Under the pieces are notes generated by a model. The model made no database searches. It worked only from the letters and a program-made list of their open reading frames with translations, and was not told where the DNA came from. A stretch of 64,000 nt of DNA from a virus (taxonomy: Duplodnaviria > Heunggongvirae > Uroviricota > Caudoviricetes), in the IMG/VR virus record IMGVR_UViG_3300042895_002216. One strand, written 5' to 3'. Positions 46,384 to 55,259 of this stretch are shown here, piece by piece. How positions within the stretch are numbered: the stretch's first letter is position 1; every line of letters begins with the position of its first letter. The position numbers were made by a program, and so were the translations under genes.

Positions 46384-47052
46384 ATGAAAATTACATTACA
46401 GCCTCATCAGCGAATATGGTTCACGTCAGATACTCACTACAAACACTCAAATATTTGTAGAGGAACGTCTAATTGGCCGGCCGAGAGTAAGACCAGAGAT
46501 TTCGATACCCTGGATAAAATGAATGATACGATTGTTAACAATATCAATCACCTAGTCAGCGAAGACGATATTCTTTTCCACTTAGGAGACTGGTCGTTCG
46601 GAGGATTTGATAACATCCAGGAGTTCAGAGACAGGTTGCTCTGTAAGAACATTCATTTGGTTCTAGGTAATCACGACCAGCACATCGAGAATGACAAGGG
46701 AGGAGTCAAGGCTCTATTTGCATCAGTGAATCATTACGTTAGACTGGAACTTACTGTTCCAAACGTGCCGAACGAAATAAATCCAGCGAAGACTATTAAG
46801 AAAACGTTTGTGCTATGTCATTACCCAATCGCAAGTTGGCACGATATGAACCGTGGAGTAATTCAATTACATGGTCACGTTCACTTAGGCCCACACAATA
46901 AATTACATGCAGGTAAAGCAATGGACGTTGGCATGGACGGCAACTTCATGGACCCATATTCTCTTCAAGAAATCGCAAAGATTATGAGAGACCGTCCAGT
47001 TAAGTGTTTGGTTTTACCGAACGATCACCATGAAACAAACGAAGGAAGATGA
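46384..47052 (+). CDS. calcineurin-like metallophosphoesterase
   Basis: GDWSFGG, GNHDQH and HGHVHLG motifs. Confidence 0.65.
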   Translation: MKITLQPHQRIWFTSDTHYKHSNICRGTSNWPAESKTRDFDTLDKMNDTIVNNINHLVSEDDILFHLGDWSFGGFDNIQEFRDRLLCKNIHLVLGNHDQHIENDKGGVKALFASVNHYVRLELTVPNVPNEINPAKTIKKTFVLCHYPIASWHDMNRGVIQLHGHVHLGPHNKLHAGKAMDVGMDGNFMDPYSLQEIAKIMRDRPVKCLVLPNDHHETNEGR

Positions 47053-47486
47053 TACAGAATACACACAATAAAATCGGCGAGGGTAATCGACTCCTTGCGC
47101 AATTCATGGGAGGCACAATTGTCTCTAGTGAAACCTACGAAATGCCACACGGCTCAAACGGCAAAGGCGTCTTTGAAAAATGGGGTGGACTCTCTGGAAT
47201 TCCCAGTCACGATCAGGAATTGGCTGCACTTGGAATATTTAGATATGAAACCTCATGGAGCTGGATTTTTCCAGTAATCGAAAAGATCGAGAGTCTTGGT
47301 TTCTGCGTCAGCATTCACCGTAGAGGAATTCAAATTATTAAGTACGACAAGGATCGAAGATTTGAAGCGACTGACCTAATTATCGATGAAGACTTCTTAG
47401 ATGATTATTCTGGAGATGTTAAGCGAATTGCTGCATGGGACTGTTGCGTTTCTTTTGTTGACTGGTACACAAAGAGGAGCCAATAA
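47049..47486 (+). CDS. hypothetical protein
   Basis: 145 aa, ATGA-coupled. Confidence 0.45.
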   Translation: MIQNTHNKIGEGNRLLAQFMGGTIVSSETYEMPHGSNGKGVFEKWGGLSGIPSHDQELAALGIFRYETSWSWIFPVIEKIESLGFCVSIHRRGIQIIKYDKDRRFEATDLIIDEDFLDDYSGDVKRIAAWDCCVSFVDWYTKRSQ

Positions 47487-47872
47487 TGGAATTAACGGGA
47501 CCCTCTAAACTAGTAGTCGCATCCAGTCCAATACACGGACTTGGAGTATTCGCAACGCAATCTATTAGCCCAGGCGAGATTATTGAAGAATGTCATTTCA
47601 TAACATTCGATGCGACATCAGATGATCCTATTTTTAATGATTATCGATTCATAGTCGGCCGTTCTGAGAAATTAGGCTGCGTAGAGTATGGCGTTCTTCT
47701 TGGATTCGGAGGAATCTACAATCACAGTGAAACTCCAAATATAAATTGGAGACATGATACTGAAAAGAATTGTTTTACGTTCTTTGCACTAGTCGATATT
47801 AATCCAGGAGACGAATTGTGCTCGTATTACGGAGGGCCTGAATATTGGAAATCAATTGGTATGGAAATTTAG
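47486..47872 (+). CDS. SET-domain protein (putative protein-lysine methyltransferase)
   Basis: GLGVFATQSISPGEIIEEC ... YNHSETPNINW ... INPGDELCSYYG match the SET-domain core motifs (GxG, NHS..PN, ELxxxY) in a minimal ~128-aa protein. Confidence 0.65.
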   Translation: MELTGPSKLVVASSPIHGLGVFATQSISPGEIIEECHFITFDATSDDPIFNDYRFIVGRSEKLGCVEYGVLLGFGGIYNHSETPNINWRHDTEKNCFTFFALVDINPGDELCSYYGGPEYWKSIGMEI

Positions 47873-47946
47873 TATAATAACAAAGTAGTTAGCTAATCGG
47901 GCTAATGTAATCTCTATATTTTAATAATTAATAAAAACAAAAAAAA

Positions 47947-49380
47947 ATGACAGAAATCATCACATCATCACTTATGTACGGACTACCGGCCTTAATAGGG
48001 GTAATCGTATTTTTTTATGCACTATCTCTACGTCGAATCGTGCCAACTAACGTAGTCCACATCGTTCAACGAGGAGACAAAACTGTTTCCTATGGCGTAG
48101 GTAAAGGCTCTAACGTTTATTATGAGTGGCCGAAGTGGTTACCTAAAATCGGAGTTATGGTCAGATCATTGCCAGTATCTAACTTTGATATTGACTTAGC
48201 TAAATATTCAGCGTATGATAAGGACCGTGTCCCTTTCGTAGTTGACGTTAAGGCATTCTTCCACATTGCTGATACAAATAAAGCTGCCGAGAAAGTAGAA
48301 TCATTTGACGAGTTGAAAAAGCAGCTGGAAAATGTAGTTCAAGGAGCAGTTCGTTCTATTTTAGCAAAGTCTAAATTGGAGGAAATTATGGAAGAACGAT
48401 CTATCTTTGGCGAAAAATTTACTGAAAGTGTTAAAGTTGATTTATCTAATTGGGGAGTTGAGCCTATTAAAAATATCGAGTTAATGGATGTTAGAGATAC
48501 TGACGGTTCGAGCGTTATTCACCAGATTATGGCTAAGCGAATGTCTGCGATTGATATGGAATCCAGAACTGAAGTTGCTAAAAACACTAAATTGGCAGAG
48601 CAGGCGGAACTAACTGCTCAACAAGAAATTGATGTAACTAAAGCAGAAACTCAGAAAATTGCAGGAGAGGCGCAAGCTCAATCAATACAGGCAATCGGTA
48701 TTGCCAAAGCAGAGGCTACAAAAAAGGCAGGTATTGCAGAACAAGAGTCAATATCAGATATCGCTCAAGCTGAACGAGCTACTGCTGAACAGCAAATGGA
48801 GGTCGTTAAAGTTAATGAGATTAAGCAGGCTGAAATTGATAAGGAAAAGGCAATTATTGCAGCTGAGCAACAAAAACGCAAAACTGAAATTGACGCAGAG
48901 GCTAATAAATTTAGAATTGAGACTGAGGCTTCTGCTACACTTGAAGCACAGATCAAAAATGCAGAAGGTGTTAAAACTCTGGGCCAAGCAGAAGCAGATA
49001 TTATTAAAGCAAAGGGTATATCGCAGGCTGAATCCAAGAAAGCAATGGAGCTTGCTGGAGTAACTGCCCAAACAACCCTAGCAAAAGAGATTGGCGAAAA
49101 CAAATCTTACCAAGAATACTTGATCAAAATTAGAGAAGTTGAAGTAACTCAAGTAGTCGGAGTTGCACAATACGAATCGATGGCAAAAGCAATGGCTGGA
49201 GCTGACTTGAAACTATTGGTAAATAGTGGAGACGTACACTCAGGAATTGGCAAGTTAAGCGACCTATTCACAGCTAAAGGAGGTTCACAGATTAACGGGC
49301 TTCTTGAATCATTGAAACAGACACCTGAAGGTAAAGGCTTACTGGCTATGCTTAACAAGCTTACACCAGGCGCAGAATAA
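47947..49380 (+). CDS. SPFH/band-7 (flotillin-like) membrane protein
   Basis: N-terminal TM helix, SPFH-like region, then a long A/E/Q/K-rich coiled (flotillin-type) repeat region. Confidence 0.65.
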   Translation: MTEIITSSLMYGLPALIGVIVFFYALSLRRIVPTNVVHIVQRGDKTVSYGVGKGSNVYYEWPKWLPKIGVMVRSLPVSNFDIDLAKYSAYDKDRVPFVVDVKAFFHIADTNKAAEKVESFDELKKQLENVVQGAVRSILAKSKLEEIMEERSIFGEKFTESVKVDLSNWGVEPIKNIELMDVRDTDGSSVIHQIMAKRMSAIDMESRTEVAKNTKLAEQAELTAQQEIDVTKAETQKIAGEAQAQSIQAIGIAKAEATKKAGIAEQESISDIAQAERATAEQQMEVVKVNEIKQAEIDKEKAIIAAEQQKRKTEIDAEANKFRIETEASATLEAQIKNAEGVKTLGQAEADIIKAKGISQAESKKAMELAGVTAQTTLAKEIGENKSYQEYLIKIREVEVTQVVGVAQYESMAKAMAGADLKLLVNSGDVHSGIGKLSDLFTAKGGSQINGLLESLKQTPEGKGLLAMLNKLTPGAE

Positions 49381-49401
49381 TTTTTAATAAATTTAAGACA
49401 A

Positions 49402-49432
49402 AAAGTCTCTAGATTTGTCTAGAGACTTTTTT
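49402..49432 (+). terminator. intrinsic terminator
   Basis: AAAGTCTCTAGA-tttg-TCTAGAGACTTTT followed by a T-run. Confidence 0.65.
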
Positions 49433-49461
49433 ATTTTGGTATAATAGTAAAAAGAAATAAC

Positions 49462-50199
49462 ATGACAGCACCATTTGAATTTTACGAAGTAGGCGGAAAG
49501 GTAAGAGACGAGATCTTGGGACTTCAGTCCAAAGACGTTGATTACGTAGCCGTGCCGAAAGCAACTCTGCTTGAGGAATTTCCTGAGGCGGCTGATATGT
49601 TTGACTTGCTAGTTGACTACTTAACTCGTGAAAAATTCCAGATATTCCTGATCACCAAAGAATGTTACACAATCAGAGCAAAATTTCCAGACGGACATAA
49701 GTACCAAGGAGTTGCTGATTTTGTAATGTCTAGAAAAGAGACTGGATACGTGCCGTTTACCAGAACTCCGATCATTAAGCCTGGAACCCTATTCGACGAT
49801 TTACAGAGAAGAGACTTTACTCTTAATGCCCTGGCAAGAGAAGCGGACGGCTCGATCATTGACTACTTTGATGGGCTGACTCACTTGAAGCTTGGGCTAT
49901 TAGTAACGCCATTACCTTGCGAGGAAACGTTTCACGATGATCCTTTGAGAATCTTGAGAGCTATTAGATTTTCAATCACTAAAGGATTTACTATCCCTGA
50001 GGAAATGTCTCAAGTAATAAAGCACTACGATTACGAAGTTAAGATGTGTGTAGTATCAGCTGAGAGAATCAGGGAAGAGCTCTTTAAGTGTTTCAAACAT
50101 GACACTCATGCAACGATACTTAAGTTATCAGAGTACCCTTTCCTTATGGAATACATTTTTAGAACACAAATCTGGTTAAAACCAACAATGGAAGAATAA
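49462..50199 (+). CDS. tRNA nucleotidyltransferase (CCA-adding) head domain protein
   Basis: FYEVGGKVRDEILGLQSKDVDYVA is the polymerase-beta-type head-domain signature of class II CCA-adding enzymes. Only 245 aa. Confidence 0.7.
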   Translation: MTAPFEFYEVGGKVRDEILGLQSKDVDYVAVPKATLLEEFPEAADMFDLLVDYLTREKFQIFLITKECYTIRAKFPDGHKYQGVADFVMSRKETGYVPFTRTPIIKPGTLFDDLQRRDFTLNALAREADGSIIDYFDGLTHLKLGLLVTPLPCEETFHDDPLRILRAIRFSITKGFTIPEEMSQVIKHYDYEVKMCVVSAERIREELFKCFKHDTHATILKLSEYPFLMEYIFRTQIWLKPTMEE

Positions 50200-50753
50200 T
50201 GGAAGCAACAATAAATGGAAGAATAATGGAAGCAAAAATAAACTGGGTTCTAGACCAACATAGAGACACGAATCACATGTACGATAAGTACTTGCCTTAT
50301 GAATTTCATTTACGTATGGTCGTTGAAGTTGCAAAGAAATTTCAATCTTTAATTACGTATGAGAAAGATTTTGAGCATGTACTACTTGGAGCATGGGGCC
50401 ATGATCTTATTGAAGACACCAGAGTTTCATACAATGATGTTAAGCAGGCGCTTGGAGAAATGGCAGCAGATATTGTCTATGCGTGCTCAAACGAGAAAGG
50501 CAAGAGTCGTAATGATCGGGCTAACTACCGATACTACGATGGAATCAGAACAACGCCGTATGCGATATTCGTTAAGTTATGCGACCGAATTGCAAACGTG
50601 CAGTACTCAAAAATGTCTGGCAGCAGAATGTTCGAGATGTACAGAAAAGAAAATCCCGAATTCATGCAGCAATTAGGCTGGACGGCTGAAGAAAAATATC
50701 TTCATGAGTATGCCAATATGTTTGTATACTTAAGTAAATTATTCGAAGACTGA
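50199..50753 (+). CDS. HD-domain phosphohydrolase
   Basis: GAWGHDLIEDT is an HD motif. The protein lies immediately after the CCA head-domain gene, making a split two-ORF arrangement. Confidence 0.7.
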   Translation: MEATINGRIMEAKINWVLDQHRDTNHMYDKYLPYEFHLRMVVEVAKKFQSLITYEKDFEHVLLGAWGHDLIEDTRVSYNDVKQALGEMAADIVYACSNEKGKSRNDRANYRYYDGIRTTPYAIFVKLCDRIANVQYSKMSGSRMFEMYRKENPEFMQQLGWTAEEKYLHEYANMFVYLSKLFED

Positions 50754-50772
50754 AAATAAAAAAATTAATATA

Positions 50773-51975
50773 ATGGAAAATCAAAACAGCGTATGTTACA
50801 TTGGAAAAGTAACAGAAATCAAGGCAATCGAAGGAGCTGACAATATTGAGTTAGCGATCATCGGTGGATGGAATTGTATTACTAAAAAAGGACTACACAA
50901 GGCGGACGAATTTGTTATCATTGCAACAACTGATGCAGTTATTCCGGAAGAGTTATCCGAAAAATTGGGAGTAACCGGTTACCTGCGTAAGGGCAATCGA
51001 GTTAGAACAGTTAAGTTGAGAGGAGTTTACAGTGAGTGTCTAATCATTCCGCTTAATGTGCTTGAAGGTTCAGAAGAAATGAAGATCGGAGTTAGTAAAC
51101 AGCCTTGGGGCGATCAATTACAGTTGGGCCCTTATGACGATGCACTCGTTATTGAAGAAGGAGTTGACGTTAGTGAGATGCTTGGAATTTTCAAGTACGA
51201 ACCGCCAGTTAGACAGGTCCAACTTGCTTCAGGTAAAAAGGTTCGTTATCAAGACAATCCAAACTTTCATGTCTACTACAAGTTTCCTAACTTGAAAAAT
51301 GTTAGTGGAATGTTTACTGAAGAGGATATTGTGCAAATCACGCGTAAGATCCACGGTACGAATGCACGATACGGTATAGTTAAGAAGAATCGCTTGTCCT
51401 TCATGGATAGGATTAAAAAATTCTTTGGATTCGCCGGAGAGCTCTTTGAGTACGAGTACGTTTATGGATCTCATAATGTCGAGAAGGGTTCTGATTCTCA
51501 AGGGTTCTATTCAACTGATGTCTGGAGAACAATTGCCGAGAAGTACGATATCAAGAACAGGTTGCTTACCTTAGCAAAAACTAAAAATAGGATTGGTGAA
51601 CTTGGAGCTGGTATTGTAATTTACGGAGAAATTTACGGTGCAGGTATTCAAAAGAATTACGAGTACGGTCTGACTGATATTGAATTCGTTGGATTCGATG
51701 CCACAGTAAACGGCAAATACGAGTCCACTATTTACACTGAATTCCTTTTCAAAGAAGCGCTAGAGTTACCTCACGTTGGAGTCCTATACACAGGACCGTG
51801 GTCACAAGAGACACAAGACCAGTTCGTCTTTGGTAATATGATCAAAGGAACTAAGGTGCCGCATGAAGGCATTGTTATTAAGCACATAAGCGGTGAGCGT
51901 AATCGAGTAGCAAAGGTAATTAATCCAGACTATTTGATTTACGGAGAAAAGCACGATATTGGAGACTCACATTAA
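50773..51975 (+). CDS. ATP-dependent RNA/DNA ligase-family nucleotidyltransferase (RNA-ligase-like)
   Basis: Candidate motif I KIHGTN, motif IV EGIVIK and motif V-like VAKVINP in the expected order and spacing. Confidence 0.5.
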   Translation: MENQNSVCYIGKVTEIKAIEGADNIELAIIGGWNCITKKGLHKADEFVIIATTDAVIPEELSEKLGVTGYLRKGNRVRTVKLRGVYSECLIIPLNVLEGSEEMKIGVSKQPWGDQLQLGPYDDALVIEEGVDVSEMLGIFKYEPPVRQVQLASGKKVRYQDNPNFHVYYKFPNLKNVSGMFTEEDIVQITRKIHGTNARYGIVKKNRLSFMDRIKKFFGFAGELFEYEYVYGSHNVEKGSDSQGFYSTDVWRTIAEKYDIKNRLLTLAKTKNRIGELGAGIVIYGEIYGAGIQKNYEYGLTDIEFVGFDATVNGKYESTIYTEFLFKEALELPHVGVLYTGPWSQETQDQFVFGNMIKGTKVPHEGIVIKHISGERNRVAKVINPDYLIYGEKHDIGDSH

Positions 51976-51989
51976 TAAAACAAATACAA

Positions 51990-52463
51990 ATGGAAGAAGA
52001 AAAATTACCGATCAGAATCTATTTAGATGACGTTCGAACACCAATTGAACAGGACTGGATAGTTGTTAGATCATACCAGGAGTTCAAGGACAAGGTGATG
52101 GAAATTGGATTAAAGAACATTCACATGATCTCATTGGATCACGACTTGGGTGACTCAGCTATGTCAGAGTACTTCACGAATGTAAGTCCTAACTATAAGC
52201 TAGACTACACGAACATTACTGAAAAAACTGGAATGGATTGCACTAAGTGGTTGGTGAATCAGTTCTACGACGAGAATCCAAAGAGAATTGAGATGAGTCG
52301 TTTCGATAAGCGTAATGTGCCGATTCGGTTTCCAGCAGTCTACGTACACTCAGCGAATCCAATTGGATCAGCGAACATGATGGGTTACATTAATAACTTC
52401 TTCATGAATGAGGGAGAACCTCAAAACTGCGTGAGAGTTCAGATACCTCACACGGTAATGTAA
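51990..52463 (+). CDS. hypothetical protein
   Basis: 157 aa. Confidence 0.45.
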   Translation: MEEEKLPIRIYLDDVRTPIEQDWIVVRSYQEFKDKVMEIGLKNIHMISLDHDLGDSAMSEYFTNVSPNYKLDYTNITEKTGMDCTKWLVNQFYDENPKRIEMSRFDKRNVPIRFPAVYVHSANPIGSANMMGYINNFFMNEGEPQNCVRVQIPHTVM

Positions 52464-52484
52464 TTATTAAAAATAGATTAACTA

Positions 52485-53027
52485 ATGAAAGTTGTACAAG
52501 AATTTCCTAACGGGCTTATATCAGTTTATCCATCCGTGTTTGGCGATGAAAGAGGATTTTTTCTAGAATCGTTTAATCAGCTGAAATATTCTGAATTTCT
52601 TAATGAGCATTCATTTGTTCAGGATAATTTATCTAGATCCAAAAAAGGAGTCCTTCGTGGATTGCATTTTCAAGCTCCACCGTTTGATCAAGGAAAATTG
52701 GTTCAGGTAATTACAGGAAGCGTGTTGGATGTTGCGGTAGATATTCGTCGAGACTCTCCAAGCTACGGTAAATCCTTTCAAGTTGTATTAAATACGACTG
52801 ATCGCAATCAACTTTGGATTCCACCAGGCTTTGCGCATGGCTTCGTTAGCCTAGAAGACGACACTATTTTTTCCTATAAATGCACAAACGGTTATTCAAA
52901 AGAACATGAAGGCTGTATATTATGGAATGATGCGGACTTAGCGATTGATTGGGAAATTGAAAATCCTATCATTTCGGATAAAGATCAATTGGGAACCCCG
53001 TTTAAAGAGTTAATCAGCCCATTCTAA
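52485..53027 (+). CDS. rmlC: dTDP-4-dehydrorhamnose 3,5-epimerase
   Basis: FGDERGFF, GVLRGLHFQ and LWIPPGFAHGF are cupin RmlC hallmarks. Confidence 0.8.
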   Translation: MKVVQEFPNGLISVYPSVFGDERGFFLESFNQLKYSEFLNEHSFVQDNLSRSKKGVLRGLHFQAPPFDQGKLVQVITGSVLDVAVDIRRDSPSYGKSFQVVLNTTDRNQLWIPPGFAHGFVSLEDDTIFSYKCTNGYSKEHEGCILWNDADLAIDWEIENPIISDKDQLGTPFKELISPF

Positions 53028-53119
53028 CGAGAATTGCTGAAAATAAAAAATGACCTCAGGAAATTATTAATAGTTATTGGGTATAATAACTTTATAACAA
53101 AACAAACGTTCTTTAAGTT

Positions 53120-53200
53120 GCCCTCTTGGCGGAATTGGTAGACGCGCTAGACTTAGGATCTAGTCTTAGGGTGAGAGTTCGAGTCTCTCAGAGGGTACCA
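53120..53200 (+). tRNA. tRNA-Leu (TAG), CCA encoded
   Basis: Leu-type D-arm GGCGGAATTGGTAGACGC. Anticodon arm CTAGA-CTTAGGA-TCTAG. 9-nt variable region. TGGGTATAATAAC at 53088-53100. Confidence 0.75.
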
Positions 53201-53353
53201 AACACATATCACAAATAAAAATGTGAGTTACTTTGAAATAGCCAATTATAAGCCAACATAAAGCCGTTGGGTACAGAAGGAGTAATTAACCGGAGTATAG
53301 GCAACAATTGTGACACTGTAACAAATACCCATTTGAGTGGTATGTTTTAAATA

Positions 53354-53472
53354 GTCAGGTGGCGGAATTGGTAGACGCTATGTGGTGCGGAACTCGCTTC
53401 GTTCACCACTCCCTTAGCGGGGAAAACAAAGGTAAGAGATGTGACCATGCAGGTTCGAATCCTGTCCTGACT
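53354..53472 (+). ncRNA. atypical 119-nt tRNA-like gene (possible intron-containing or insertion-bearing tRNA)
   Basis: Acceptor GTCAGGT/TCCTGAC. Leu-like D-arm (GGCGGAATTGGTAGACGC). Canonical T-arm. The central region is a ~45-nt extended hairpin (GCTATGTGGTG...CACCACTCCCTTAGC) instead of a normal anticodon arm. Confidence 0.4.
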
Positions 53473-53638
53473 ACGATTGTTAACACGCTTGCTTCGTGTT
53501 GAAATTGTCAGATAACGTGCAACGATAGTTTAAAGACTGTAGAAAAAGAAACACTGACTGGAAGGATTCTTATGGACGCATAAGAAGTAAAAGTCCACAA
53601 CTAAACCTACTTACAATTGGCAAGGTAAATTGAATTAA

Positions 53639-53666
53639 GGCGATCGATCTAACGGTCGCCTTTTTT
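53639..53666 (+). terminator. intrinsic terminator
   Basis: GGCGATCG-atctaa-CGGTCGCC followed by TTTTTT. TAGTATATTAG follows at 53667-53677. Confidence 0.65.
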
Positions 53667-53680
53667 AGTATATTAGACTT

Positions 53681-54424
53681 ATGAAAGTACTACACAAACA
53701 GGAGAATTCAAAGCTTATTAATTATGAGTTGTATGAAATCGCTCCAAAGATTTATGCAGTCTTGGCAAAGGACTCTTTTGAGAGAGCGATGCTCTTTCTT
53801 AGAGCACAAGAGTATTATGAATCCCCTTTTCCTGAATTTAGAGGACAGGACTTTGATATTTTTGTCTACATGAATCGTTACCGAAAAGAGAGATCAGCTA
53901 ACTATTTTAGTTACACAGCGGACTGGAGCGGATACAATGTTCCTAGCGAATCTCTTGAAGCCTGTATGCGAGGAGTTTATCAGTATCATACTGACATAAC
54001 TTCGTACGATCATGAAATGACAGAGGTTGTGTCTATTATTAGACAGTACCAGAAAAAAGGTAAGTTCTATCTACTTGGAGTCGATTCATTGGAATCAAGA
54101 GTAATGGATCATGAATTTGCTCACGGGCTATTCTATACAAATAAGGCGTATAAAACCGAGATGATGGAGTTAGTATTATCTTTAAAGCGAGATCTATACG
54201 AACAGCTTGAAAGCTACTTGATTCAAATCGGCTACACAAGCCACGTAATCGCGGATGAGATTCAGGCTTATATGGCGACAGGATTAACGGCAACGATGGC
54301 AAAGACCAGAGGCTCAGTTACGGCAGCTAAGAAATTCGAAAAGATATTTAAGAAATACAAGAAACAATATGGCAAACACGATAATATCAATAACCCTAAA
54401 CGACAAGCAGCAGAAAAAGTTTGA
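53681..54424 (+). CDS. hypothetical protein with HExxH motif
   Basis: MDHEFAHGLFY is a zinc-peptidase-like motif. Likely leaderless. Confidence 0.5.
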   Translation: MKVLHKQENSKLINYELYEIAPKIYAVLAKDSFERAMLFLRAQEYYESPFPEFRGQDFDIFVYMNRYRKERSANYFSYTADWSGYNVPSESLEACMRGVYQYHTDITSYDHEMTEVVSIIRQYQKKGKFYLLGVDSLESRVMDHEFAHGLFYTNKAYKTEMMELVLSLKRDLYEQLESYLIQIGYTSHVIADEIQAYMATGLTATMAKTRGSVTAAKKFEKIFKKYKKQYGKHDNINNPKRQAAEKV

Positions 54425-54558
54425 TGCTTGGGGTAAGCACCTAAAAGCCCTGTTTGGCGAATGGGGAAACTTAACCTGGACAGTATCATCATGTGGAATC
54501 GGAGACACAATCACTGTCACTAGCAGCAATGCACCAAAACATCCATTAGACTTAACTG

Positions 54559-54867
54559 ATGTCGGTAGCTGGTAAGGAACGTTGCGACTGCGGAAAGATC
54601 GCAACTTGGTGTTACGGGCCAGGTTATAGAGATGGAGGTAATCCAAATTCATGTGATGATTGTGTCTCTCGTGGATGTGATTGTAATCACAATTACGTTA
54701 GTGTAAACTCGTATCATCCACCACTAGACTCACCTAATTTACCGGAAGGCGAAGAGGGAGTTGACTGGAAGTGGATTAAAGCTGATAAAGTTTGGTGCTG
54801 GATTGATGAGCGCGGTAGAGAATATCCATGCTGTGAGTACGACTACATAATAGGATCAGAAGATTAA
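54559..54867 (+). CDS. Cys-rich small protein
   Basis: Several CxxC/CDC motifs. Confidence 0.4.
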   Translation: MSVAGKERCDCGKIATWCYGPGYRDGGNPNSCDDCVSRGCDCNHNYVSVNSYHPPLDSPNLPEGEEGVDWKWIKADKVWCWIDERGREYPCCEYDYIIGSED

Positions 54868-54878
54868 TTAAACGAAAT

Positions 54879-55259
54879 ATGAGAATAGCAGTAATTGCAC
54901 ACGATAATAAAAAGGCGGACATGGTGGCATTCATCATGAAGCGTCTTGATTTTTTTAAGCAGCACGAGGTTGTTGCAACTGGTACGACCGGTACTCACAT
55001 TGAGCATGCAGGTCTTGAGGTCGACCGAATGAAGTCTGGACCGCAAGGCGGAGACGCTCAGATCGCAGCAGAGTTAGTCAACGGTAAAATAGATGGAGTT
55101 ATCTTCTTTATTGATCCATTAACTGCACATCCGCATGAAGTTGACGTTCAAATGTTACTTAGATTGTGTAATGTGTATAATATTCCTATTGCAACGAACT
55201 ATTCGACTGCAAGCTTGTTGATACAGGCAGTTTCTTCTAAAAATAACAACGATAAATGA
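54879..55259 (+). CDS. mgsA: methylglyoxal synthase
   Basis: RIAVIAHDNKK, ATGTTG, SGPQGGDAQIAAELVNGKIDGVIFFIDPLTAHPHEVDVQMLLRLCNVYNIPIATN align residue-by-residue with bacterial MgsA, including the catalytic His/Asp positions. Confidence 0.75.
   Translation: MRIAVIAHDNKKADMVAFIMKRLDFFKQHEVVATGTTGTHIEHAGLEVDRMKSGPQGGDAQIAAELVNGKIDGVIFFIDPLTAHPHEVDVQMLLRLCNVYNIPIATNYSTASLLIQAVSSKNNNDK

Noticed and set aside
48659-49358. Alternative-frame ORFs within the flotillin-like gene (48659-49063 +, 48754-49103 -, 49149-49358 -).
   Set aside because: The Ala/Glu/Gln/Lys-rich repeat region gives long open frames in several phases. The in-frame SPFH protein explains the locus.
54369-54575. A 68-aa ORF overlapping the 3' end of the 53681-54424 gene by 56 nt.
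   Set aside because: The large out-of-frame overlap and the lack of an upstream motif make it doubtful. It could be real if translationally coupled.
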